This document shows positions 20,718-28,831 of a stretch of 64,000 nucleotides of DNA, piece by piece (the first letter of the stretch is position 1; the number at the start of each line of letters is the position of its first letter). Source of the DNA: Bacillota bacterium (lineage in GTDB: Bacteria; Bacillota; DTU025). Below the pieces are notes generated by a model. That model was not told the DNA's origin and ran no database searches. It saw only the letters and a list, made by a program, of their open reading frames with translations. The DNA lies in NCBI GenBank assembly GCA_050951805.1, contig JBMNJT010000002.1, forward strand, positions 736,001-800,000, read 5' to 3'. Made by a program: the position numbers and the translations under genes.

Positions 20718-21482
20718 ATGGAGAAAGACGATGGAAGCATTACCACCTCTTCGTGCGCATCGCCGGATCGGTCCGCCATCAGTGTTTCATCTATTGGGAC
20801 ATCGGCTACAGAGGCCTCGGCCATTATAGCTTCAGCCAGTGTTGCTACGAGAATCGGCATAGTCTCGATTGAGGCCGGGGAGAGCGGCCTGAGCCGGGTG
20901 GTCCTTCCAAGAATAGACATGGAGACCCTGAAAAACCTCCCTACAAGCCCACGGATCCATCCTTTGTTCATCGATGCCAGTGTTACGCTTGCGCAAATAG
21001 GCATCGATTTTCCCATGTGTGATCATTCCTCGATTTGCCAGATGGCTGCGTCTAACAGCGTACCTGTATATGGGAGTGTATCGTGGGATGGAGTGCCGCC
21101 GTCTGAGATTGTCTCAGCTGCGTGCCGCGACATAAAGCTTTTCTTTGAGGGCGAGTTGGATCCGGGGAAGCTTTGGTTCGATTACCCACTAAAGCTCCCT
21201 GCGGGAAGCGACTTTGCCCGCGAAGTGATGGTTGGTATGACAAGGATAGCTCCTGGGCGAGTTGCGGCCTACGGAGCGCTCGCCGCCGCCGCAGGCCGCC
21301 CAAGGGCTGCCAGAGCCACGGGCGCAATTGTGGGGGCCAATCCTCTTCCCCTGGTTGTTCCTTGTCATAGAGTGGTTGGCGTAGGCGGCAGGCTCACGGG
21401 ATATGGCGGGGGACTCCCGCTCAAGGTGGCACTGTTGGCCATGGAACAGACGATAATCAACCGCACCGGCGTTCTCGGATGA
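20718..21482 (+). CDS. ogt: Methylated-DNA--protein-cysteine methyltransferase with N-terminal extension
   Basis: 'AARATG', 'NPLPLVVPCHRVV', 'LTGYGGG'. Confidence 0.85.
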   Translation: MEKDDGSITTSSCASPDRSAISVSSIGTSATEASAIIASASVATRIGIVSIEAGESGLSRVVLPRIDMETLKNLPTSPRIHPLFIDASVTLAQIGIDFPMCDHSSICQMAASNSVPVYGSVSWDGVPPSEIVSAACRDIKLFFEGELDPGKLWFDYPLKLPAGSDFAREVMVGMTRIAPGRVAAYGALAAAAGRPRAARATGAIVGANPLPLVVPCHRVVGVGGRLTGYGGGLPLKVALLAMEQTIINRTGVLG

Positions 21483-21559
21483 GCAAAGTCTACAATATTA
21501 GACCCTGTTTGTACGGCCGAGGAATATCTGCAAGAATAGCACAATTATTTAGCGCAGCA

Positions 21560-21588
21560 TTGACATCATTAATGATGAGCTTTATAAT
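21560..21588 (+). promoter_or_regulatory. Consensus sigma-A promoter with embedded 14-bp perfect palindrome (putative operator)
   Basis: TTGACA(21560-65)-N17-TATAAT(21583-88); CATCATTAATGATG at 21564-21577. Confidence 0.8.
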
Positions 21589-21621
21589 GTGAAGCAGGGG
21601 AGGCAAAAAGGAGGTGTTGTC

Positions 21622-21999
21622 ATGGCAAGACGGGAGGCGTTGGGACGATGTCCTGTTTGCGATGGAATCTTGGACGTGACCAGGCTGACGTGCACGGACT
21701 GCGAGACTGTGATAGAGGGCCGTTTCGACACCTGCAAATTCTGCCAGCTCAGTTCGGAGCAGAAGAACTTTGTCGAAGTGTTCATAAAGAACAGGGGCAA
21801 TATTAAGGAAGTAGAGAAGGACCTTGGAATCTCGTATCCTACAGTCCGGAACCGGCTTGATGCGGTGATCGCGGCATTGGGGTATGCGGTTGATGATTCC
21901 GAGGACGATGTTGCGACCAGGAGAAAAGAGATTATTGAGTCTTTGGCCAAGGGCGAGATAACTGCTGATGATGCAGTGCGTCAACTAAAAGGGAAGTAG
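21622..21999 (+). CDS. DUF2089 family protein (Zn ribbon + HTH + C-terminal SHOCT-like helix pair), putative regulator
   Basis: CPVC...CTDC, 'RGNIKEVEKDLGISYPTVRNRLD', C-term 'RKEIIESLAKGEITADDA'; SD AAGGAGGTG before ATG 21622. Confidence 0.85.
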   Translation: MARREALGRCPVCDGILDVTRLTCTDCETVIEGRFDTCKFCQLSSEQKNFVEVFIKNRGNIKEVEKDLGISYPTVRNRLDAVIAALGYAVDDSEDDVATRRKEIIESLAKGEITADDAVRQLKGK

Positions 22000-22030
22000 G
22001 AGTCTAATTGAAAAGGGGGAGGTCTGGTCC

Positions 22031-23095
22031 ATGGGCGAAGAGAGGAAGATCGTCCTGAATCTTCTGTCAGAAGGCAAAATCACTGTGGAGGAAGCGGAGC
22101 AGCTGTTGGCTGCTTTGGAAGGCGAGGTTGAATCGGTAGACGAGGCCGATTCGGTCCGCGTGGAAACGATTTCCGAGGGCGATCTGCATGGCCGGTTATC
22201 CAAGGTCTTCGCTGAAATGGTAGAGGCTGGGCAGGAACTCCCTGGGCGTTTGTCCAGAGCGGTGGAGTCGGCGTTCGGAGGCTTCGGATGGAGTTTTCGC
22301 GGCGTGCGCGGGGAGAAGTCTTTCGAAGAGGAGATCTGCGGGCCAGAGATAAATGCCATCGATTTCGCGGCCAATAACGGGAGTATAAAGTTGGCCGTCT
22401 GGGAAAAACCAGGATTCCGTGTGGTAGTCAGAGCTACAGTTGTTGACGCGGATTCCAGAGACGAAGCAGATCGCAGACTTGAGTCTGTTGCAAGATTGGT
22501 TGTCAATGACGGGAAAGTGAGCATAGACTGTGAGGACAAGTCGATTCTGGACTCGATGTCGATAGAGGCATACTTCCCGAAGGACCGCAAATACGATGTG
22601 TTTGCGCATACTCGAAATGGATCAATAACGCTAGATAGGCTCAATGGGGGCCATGTGGAAGTCTGTTCATCCAATGGTCGTATAGCGCTCGATTCGATCA
22701 AGGTCTCCACTCTCGCAGCTGAAACCGCCAACGGAGCGGTTACTGCATCCGGTCATTTGGGCGATGGAAGCATCGAGACCTCCAATGGAAGCGTAACTGC
22801 TGCTCTGGCCTATGAATCAGGTGGCCATTTGAACGTCAGGACGAGCAACGGCAGTATACGGATTAAGGTTTTGAACAGCTCTGATGTATCGTACGAGGTG
22901 AATGCGGAAACCAAAAATGGGGCGACGCGAGTGCTTGATGAGGGCGCGGCGATTCGTTCCGAGAGAAGGTCGACGGGCGGGCAAGTCAAGAAGATCACGG
23001 TTTCTGCCGGGGATTCTGCATTGGATGACAGTGCCAAGGTCACAGTCGATGCTCGTGCCATGAACGGCTCCATAACTGTCGAGTCTTGCAGGTGA
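22031..23095 (+). CDS. SHOCT-like N-terminus + DUF4097 (toastrack beta-repeat) protein, YvlB/LiaX-like
   Basis: 'EERKIVLNLLSEGKITVEEAEQLL'; repeated 'T/S-x-NG-S-I/V' beta motifs. Confidence 0.8.
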   Translation: MGEERKIVLNLLSEGKITVEEAEQLLAALEGEVESVDEADSVRVETISEGDLHGRLSKVFAEMVEAGQELPGRLSRAVESAFGGFGWSFRGVRGEKSFEEEICGPEINAIDFAANNGSIKLAVWEKPGFRVVVRATVVDADSRDEADRRLESVARLVVNDGKVSIDCEDKSILDSMSIEAYFPKDRKYDVFAHTRNGSITLDRLNGGHVEVCSSNGRIALDSIKVSTLAAETANGAVTASGHLGDGSIETSNGSVTAALAYESGGHLNVRTSNGSIRIKVLNSSDVSYEVNAETKNGATRVLDEGAAIRSERRSTGGQVKKITVSAGDSALDDSAKVTVDARAMNGSITVESCR

Positions 23096-23150
23096 TGGCG
23101 GTGGCCGCGTTGCAGGCGCTATGAGAGTGATATGAGGGGAGGTGCGCTCT

Positions 23151-23523
23151 GTGGATCAAGAAAGAAAGCAAGTACTCGAGATGGTGAGAGATGGGAAACT
23201 CACGGTTGACGAGGCGCAGCAGATTTTGGACGCCATGACATATGAAGAAGAACGAGCGAGGCCTGCTGCGAGTTCAAGACGGAACCCGAGGTTCTTGAGG
23301 ATTCGCGTAAAGGACGAAGATGGCTCAAAGGTGAACTTGAATATCCCCATATCCCTTGCCAAGGTGATGTGGAGGTTTCATCCCAAGGGAGGCCATGAAT
23401 GAGCTCTCAAATCAGAACATCGACCTTGAGACCATTCTCGATGCGGTGCATGAGGGCGCCGAGGGGCAGCTGATTCATGTGAAAGACGAAGATGGGGATG
23501 AGGTTGAGATAAGCGTTGTCTGA
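23151..23523 (+). pseudogene. SHOCT-like domain protein split by a +1 frameshift at about 23376-23378
   Basis: Frame 0 reads MDQERKQVLEM...VMWRF and stops at 23402. The +1 frame continues FIPREAMNELSNQNIDLETILDAVHEGAEGQLIHVKDEDGDEVEISVV* (TGA 23521-23), matching the usual C-terminus of this family. Confidence 0.7.
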
Positions 23524-23604
23524 GCTCGGGGACTGCTGGGTAAAGTGTATCTTTCACGGATAGCGTTTGCTTGCCCGAAGTGTCCGGAACGGGACATGTG
23601 CGGT

Positions 23605-23631
23605 GAAGGAATTGCATACCTGCTGAAGAAT
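23605..23631 (+). promoter_or_regulatory. Sigma-H-type promoter upstream of pspC
   Basis: GAAGGAATT-N11-GAAGAAT, an exact match to RNAGGAWWW-N11-RNNGAAT. Confidence 0.55.
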
Positions 23632-23666
23632 ACAGCAAGACGCCGGGCAATGGAGGTGTCCATGTA

Positions 23667-23858
23667 ATGCAGAGGAGACTATACAGGTCTGTTCGCGACA
23701 GAATGTTGGGCGGTGTATGTGGCGGGCTAGCCAACTACCTGAATGTTGATCCTACTCTTATACGTCTGCTATGGGTGGCTTTTACGTTATTTAGTCAGGC
23801 ACCGGGTCTCCTTCTTTACGTGATTGCCTGGATTATTGTGCCTGAAGAGCCTATATAG
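23667..23858 (+). CDS. pspC: PspC domain protein
   Basis: 'RLYRSVRDRMLGGVCGGLANYLNVDPTLIRL...YVIAWIIVPEE'. Confidence 0.92.
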   Translation: MQRRLYRSVRDRMLGGVCGGLANYLNVDPTLIRLLWVAFTLFSQAPGLLLYVIAWIIVPEEPI

Positions 23859-23921
23859 CTTGAGACGGAGCTTTGCAGGCGTCAGGTTGCGGCCTATCAT
23901 GGGGGCAATGGAGGGTTGACA

Positions 23922-24317
23922 ATGGCTTACCACAGCAATGGACAAGTCGGAATGCCAGAGTGGGTTATAAAATGGCTCATTAATGCCCTTGCACTGCTAA
24001 TAGTCTCATACGTTCCGTATCGCGGCGGCACGCTCTTGGAGATAGATGGAGCAGGGGCTGCCCTGATAGCTGCCATGGTTCTTGGCATCGTGAACACCTT
24101 CATAAGGCCGATTTTTATGATGTTCAGTCTGCCCCTGCGGATTCTGAGTCTGGGTCTTTTCACTTTGGTGATCAATGCCCTGATGCTGTGTATGGGTTCT
24201 TGGCTTATGGGCAATGCGTTCAATATTCCCGGGTTTTGGGCGGCAATAATCGCTTCGTTGTTGCTCAGTCTCGTGAGCTCCGCCTTGAACCATCTGATAC
24301 GGGGGGATAGTCGTTAG
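23922..24317 (+). CDS. YvlD-like 4-TM membrane protein ('phage holin family')
   Basis: 'LGIVNTFIRPI', 'LSLGLFTLVINA', 'GFWAAI'; start 23916/23922/23952 uncertain. Confidence 0.85.
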   Translation: MAYHSNGQVGMPEWVIKWLINALALLIVSYVPYRGGTLLEIDGAGAALIAAMVLGIVNTFIRPIFMMFSLPLRILSLGLFTLVINALMLCMGSWLMGNAFNIPGFWAAIIASLLLSLVSSALNHLIRGDSR

Positions 24318-25112
24318 TTGATGCGTTTGGTCGCAATGGATCTTGATGGCACATTGCTTCGATCCGATAAGAGCATATCTGATGCTGCCATAGAGGCTAT
24401 TAGGGAGGCTCATTCGCGAGGGGTTGCATTTGCCGTGGCCACCGGGCGGATGTTCCAAACATCGCAGCCAGTGGTGGATGGCCTCCTCGATGAACTGCCT
24501 ATAATCGCTTACAATGGTGCTCTTATAAAATACAGCAATTGCGGCCTCACTCTCCTGCGCCTGCCTATCGCCGCCCGCGGTGGCGAGCGTGTGGTAAGGT
24601 TTATGTGGGAGTGGGGCATAGTCTTTCAAGCTTACATCGATGACCAGTTATGGGTTGCGCGGGTTGCTCCTGAGACAGTGGCCTACAGTAAGAAATATGG
24701 CGCTCCCATCAATGTTATGGAAGACATCGAGGAATTCGTGAACCGCGAGGCCTTCAAATACTTGGTGCTCGATGATGAAGAGCGTATTGCTGATGTGAGG
24801 AAAGCTATAGACGGGGTGCTCGACCCTGGCCTGCGTACTATGTTGTCGAGCCCTGGCATGATCGAGATTGTCAGATCGGATGTATCTAAGGGGCGCGCTC
24901 TATCTCATCTTGCTTCTTCCATGGGCATAAGCATGGATAATGTCATGGCCATTGGCGATTCAGAAAACGATATTGACATGTTGCGTGCCGCCGGCATCGG
25001 TGTGGCGATGGGAAATGCCGGGGACGATGTGAAGGCCGAAGCCGACTATATAGTTGCCTCGAATGATGATGATGGCGTAGTGGAGGCGCTGGAGAGATTC
25101 GCGCTTTTGTGA
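24318..25112 (+). CDS. Cof-type HAD-IIB hydrolase
   Basis: 'DLDGTLL', 'ATGR', 'SKG', 'GDSENDIDM', 'AMGNA'. Confidence 0.92.
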   Translation: MMRLVAMDLDGTLLRSDKSISDAAIEAIREAHSRGVAFAVATGRMFQTSQPVVDGLLDELPIIAYNGALIKYSNCGLTLLRLPIAARGGERVVRFMWEWGIVFQAYIDDQLWVARVAPETVAYSKKYGAPINVMEDIEEFVNREAFKYLVLDDEERIADVRKAIDGVLDPGLRTMLSSPGMIEIVRSDVSKGRALSHLASSMGISMDNVMAIGDSENDIDMLRAAGIGVAMGNAGDDVKAEADYIVASNDDDGVVEALERFALL

Positions 25113-25218
25113 ACAGATAAGCTCGACTTCCATGAGGTTCTGCATTATGTAGGAAGGTGTATTCGCGCGAAGAACGAAATGTTGTAATGTATAGTCTCGA
25201 TACCCGTTTCGGGAGTGT

Positions 25219-26055
25219 TTGCTCATGAACCTGCTTGGTTTCGATTTTTCCAACATAACCTTGATGCAGGCATTGACCACAATCGCGGATATAGCGATCG
25301 TGGCGTTTCTCATGTACAAGGTCATCAGCTTCCTCAAAGGCACTCAGGCGGTATCTTTGATCAAAGGCCTTGTCGTGCTGTTTGCTGCAAATGCCATTTC
25401 GGAGTATCTCAAGCTTGAGGCATTGCATTGGCTGTTGCGCCAGGCTACTACAATGGCTATTGTAGGCATACCAATTGTCTTTCAACCTGAGTTTCGAAGA
25501 GTACTTGAGCAACTAGGTCGGGGGAGGCTGTTTGGGAACCCTATGAAATCCCTCGATCCAGAGGAAAAGAAAAAGGTGCTGAGCGAAGTGGCTAGGGCCG
25601 TGGAGGCCATGTCGAAGGAGTATATCGGAGCCCTCATTGTCTTGGAGGGAGAGACCGGACTTGAGGATATTGCAGCATCAGGAGTGAAGCTTGATAGCAC
25701 TGTATCTGCTGAGCTGCTGATCAACGTCTTTACTCCTAACACTCCGCTTCATGATGGGGCTGTAATACTGCGTGGAAACCGAATACTGGCGGCTGCATGC
25801 ATCTTGCCGCTTTCAGACCGCCATGTGACTGGGCGCAAGTTGGGCACTAGGCACAGGGCTGCGCTTGGTCTTAGTGAGCGGACTGATGCGGTAGCAGTTG
25901 TAGTGTCAGAGGAGACAGGCGCAATATCGCTGGCCAACGATGGGGAGATAGTTCGGGGTTTGAGACCTGAAGAGCTTCGCGACAGGTTGGAAAGTTTGTT
26001 CGATCACAACACCAAGGATACTGTGATACGTAATCTAAGGAGCAATGGCAGATGA
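25219..26055 (+). CDS. cdaA: Diadenylate cyclase CdaA/DacA
   Basis: 3 N-terminal TMs, 'VFQPEFRR', 'PLHDGA', 'GTRHRAA'. Confidence 0.95.
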   Translation: MLMNLLGFDFSNITLMQALTTIADIAIVAFLMYKVISFLKGTQAVSLIKGLVVLFAANAISEYLKLEALHWLLRQATTMAIVGIPIVFQPEFRRVLEQLGRGRLFGNPMKSLDPEEKKKVLSEVARAVEAMSKEYIGALIVLEGETGLEDIAASGVKLDSTVSAELLINVFTPNTPLHDGAVILRGNRILAAACILPLSDRHVTGRKLGTRHRAALGLSERTDAVAVVVSEETGAISLANDGEIVRGLRPEELRDRLESLFDHNTKDTVIRNLRSNGR

Positions 26056-26960
26056 AACCTGTTTCACCGGAGGCTAAGGATACGTCTATCAAAGTGTTGG
26101 CTGTGGTGTTGGCCATCGCAATATGGGCTGTTGCAATCAGCGACAAGCAGAGGACTTCGCCTTCACCAAAGATTGAACTGGTGGTGAAAGCGCCTGTTTC
26201 GTTGCGAAATCTCCCGGACGACCTGATAGTAACGGATTTGCCTGAGACTGTTGTTATAAGGCTGAGGGGGCCGAAAGATCTGGAGTCGACCGCTTTGGAA
26301 TCTACCGTTGCCGTTGTTGACCTTGAAGGGGCTAAGCCGGGCCAGAACCTATTTCCAATAGAGGTGGTGGCGCCTAACGGGTTCGAGCTTGTGAGGGCGT
26401 CGCGAGCGGTGGCTGACTTGACTTTGGAGAAGCGTGCCGTCGTCTCGCTTCCGGTGGACATTGCAATAGTTGCGGCGCCTCATTTCAATGTCGAGCTTGA
26501 GCACGATCTCACTGGCGCGTTGCACCTCTTTTTTGCGCAGAAGGTGCCCGATGACTTCCGTTCTGAAGCAGAATCTCTTGCCGAAGGCGGGGCGTCATTG
26601 GGACAGGGACTGTCTGAGGGAGGAACGGAGCCCGAAAAGGCGGCCGATGAGGAGATGGGCGCATCCGCTGGAAGTGCCTCCGGTCTGCATGGGGGGCGGC
26701 CTGAGGGGTCAGAGTCGGAACTGGTCGATGGGCTAAGATCGTCCGTTTCGGTATCCGTGTCTCCTGCGGAAGTAAGTATTGAAGGCCCAGAGACAGCGGT
26801 GTCCAGGGTTGCGCGTGCTGTTGCCATGGTGGCTGTCGGACATGAGTCAACAGTTGTTGTCCCGGTGCTGGCTCTCGATATCCATGGCCAGACGGTGTCT
26901 GATGTGATCGTCTATCCGGAGACGGTGACAGTCGATTTTTACTCTAAGGCAAGATGGTAA
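26052..26960 (+). CDS. cdaR: CdaR/YbbR-like regulator with an acidic low-complexity insertion
   Basis: N-terminal TM, YbbR-like repeats ('VVIRLRGP', 'PAEVSIEGP', 'PETVTV'); between cdaA and glmM. Confidence 0.75.
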   Translation: MKPVSPEAKDTSIKVLAVVLAIAIWAVAISDKQRTSPSPKIELVVKAPVSLRNLPDDLIVTDLPETVVIRLRGPKDLESTALESTVAVVDLEGAKPGQNLFPIEVVAPNGFELVRASRAVADLTLEKRAVVSLPVDIAIVAAPHFNVELEHDLTGALHLFFAQKVPDDFRSEAESLAEGGASLGQGLSEGGTEPEKAADEEMGASAGSASGLHGGRPEGSESELVDGLRSSVSVSVSPAEVSIEGPETAVSRVARAVAMVAVGHESTVVVPVLALDIHGQTVSDVIVYPETVTVDFYSKARW

Positions 26961-27009
26961 AGCTTGTAGCCGGCGAATGCGGCCTGGCGCAAGAGACGGG
27001 GGGCTCAAA

Positions 27010-28389
27010 TTGGGCAAGCTTTTTGGAACAGATGGGGTCAGGGAGGTTGCGAATACGGGACTCACGCCTGAGCTGGCATTCAGATTGGGGAGAGCAGGCG
27101 CCTCGTCAGTCCTGTCCCGAAGTGGGGCGAGACCGACGATAATCGTCGGCGGCGATACGCGGAGATCCACTGGAATGCTTGAGTCCGCGTTGTCCGCTGG
27201 CATAAACTCGGCTGGCGTTGATGTACTAAATGTGGGTGTTATTCCGACGCCTGCAGTAGCTTATTTAGTTGTCAAGTTCGGAGCGGATGCGGGAATTGTG
27301 GTGTCGGCGTCGCACAATCCTGCCGAGTACAACGGTATCAAGTTCTTCGGCCCGGATGGCTTCAAGTTTCCCGACGAAGTCGAGGACATCATAGAGAAGA
27401 GGGCATTGGCGGGCGGGAGCGGGGAGATGGGTTCTGTGTTGTGGTCGGAGGACGATGGACTGCCCCGACCATCGGGTTCGGGTTTGGGAATGCGCAAAGA
27501 GGCGCCTGATGCTTGGGAACGATATGTGGAGCACGCGGTTGAGTCGGCCAGCTGCAGGCTGGATGGATTGCGCGTCGTTTTAGATTGCGCTAATGGTGCT
27601 TCATGCCTGACGACGCCAGCCGCTTTTCGTGAACTTGGCGCCGAGATTATCGTCATAAACGCATCTCCCGACGGTGACAATATCAACTGCGCTTGCGGAT
27701 CTACGCATCCTGACGAGTTGGCGGCGGTCGTAGTGGAGCGCGGTGCTGATATGGGATTTGCTCATGATGGAGACGCGGACAGGGTGATCGCTGTCGATGC
27801 TGATGGACGCATTGTAGATGGCGATCAGATAATGGCGCTATCCGCCATCCACAGGCATTCTCGAGGGGGCCTTCCGGGGCGGGCTATCGTCGCTACCCAA
27901 TACAGCAACCTGGGGCTTACTCATGCCATGGAATCTATCGGGTGTTCTGTTCTCACAGCTGATGCAGGAGATAGATACGTGCTCCAGATGATGCTCGAGA
28001 AGAACCTCGTTATTGGGGGAGAGCAATCGGGGCATGTCATATTCCTGGAAAAGGCGACGACTGGGGATGGGCTTATTACAGCGATAGAGGTCGCAGGAAT
28101 AGCTGTGGAAACAGGAAAACCCCTTTCGGAGTTGGCCGCTGTGATGACCAAGTATCCGCAGATAATGGTGAACGTCCGCGTAAGCCGGAAGGACGACTAT
28201 TACCACTCAGACACGATAGCGGAAGCGGTAAAGGCAGCCGCGGCCGAGCTGGGTTCGAGTGGTCGACTCTTGGTGCGACCTTCGGGAACTGAACCCGTTG
28301 TTCGGGTGATGGGTGAAGGAAAGGACGAGGCTAAAGTCGACCGGATAGTGCAGTCTCTTGCCGAGATTATCCAATCGGAGCTCTGCTAG
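27010..28389 (+). CDS. glmM: Phosphoglucosamine mutase
   Basis: 'LFGTDGVR', 'SASHNP', 'DGDADR', 'GGEQSGH', 'RPSGTEP'; TTG 27010 after a G-rich SD. Confidence 0.96.
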   Translation: MGKLFGTDGVREVANTGLTPELAFRLGRAGASSVLSRSGARPTIIVGGDTRRSTGMLESALSAGINSAGVDVLNVGVIPTPAVAYLVVKFGADAGIVVSASHNPAEYNGIKFFGPDGFKFPDEVEDIIEKRALAGGSGEMGSVLWSEDDGLPRPSGSGLGMRKEAPDAWERYVEHAVESASCRLDGLRVVLDCANGASCLTTPAAFRELGAEIIVINASPDGDNINCACGSTHPDELAAVVVERGADMGFAHDGDADRVIAVDADGRIVDGDQIMALSAIHRHSRGGLPGRAIVATQYSNLGLTHAMESIGCSVLTADAGDRYVLQMMLEKNLVIGGEQSGHVIFLEKATTGDGLITAIEVAGIAVETGKPLSELAAVMTKYPQIMVNVRVSRKDDYYHSDTIAEAVKAAAAELGSSGRLLVRPSGTEPVVRVMGEGKDEAKVDRIVQSLAEIIQSELC

Positions 28390-28420
28390 ACGGGCTACGG
28401 CGGGTTGAGGAGTCTCAAGG

Positions 28421-28831
28421 ATGTGTTGCCAACGCGTGCTCGGTATAGGAGTGGACATTATCGAAATCCGAAGATTTCATCGCATTGCTGCTGTTGCGCC
28501 TCAAGGGGTCGCCCAAAGGCTTTACACGGCAGAGGAGCTCTCAGACGGGCGCATTGGTCGTCCCGAATACCTCGCCTCTAGGTTCGCGGCGAAAGAGGCG
28601 GTGATGAAATCCCTAGGGTGTGGAATGGATTCGATAGCATTCACCGATATAGAGGTTTTTCAGGATGAATATGGACAACCTCATGTGAGGTTGACTGGGA
28701 GCGCCCGTGCGCGTGCGGATTCTATCGGGGCGCGCACGGTCATGATATCCCTTTCGCATTCAGACGAAATGGTGTGTGCTTTTGCGGTTTCAGTGGGGGG
28801 TGGTTGCAACGAGGGTTGCGACTCCAGATGA
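28421..28831 (+). CDS. acpS: Holo-ACP synthase
   Basis: 'GIGVDII', 'RFAAKEAVMKSLG', 'SLSH'. Confidence 0.93.
   Translation: MCCQRVLGIGVDIIEIRRFHRIAAVAPQGVAQRLYTAEELSDGRIGRPEYLASRFAAKEAVMKSLGCGMDSIAFTDIEVFQDEYGQPHVRLTGSARARADSIGARTVMISLSHSDEMVCAFAVSVGGGCNEGCDSR

Noticed and set aside
23922-24317. 'Phage holin family' gene as evidence of a prophage
   Set aside because: It is the YvlD-like membrane protein normally paired with PspC; no phage genes are in the window.
28389-28421. Expected glmS ribozyme and glmS after cdaA-cdaR-glmM
   Set aside because: Only 31 nt separate glmM from acpS; neither is present here.
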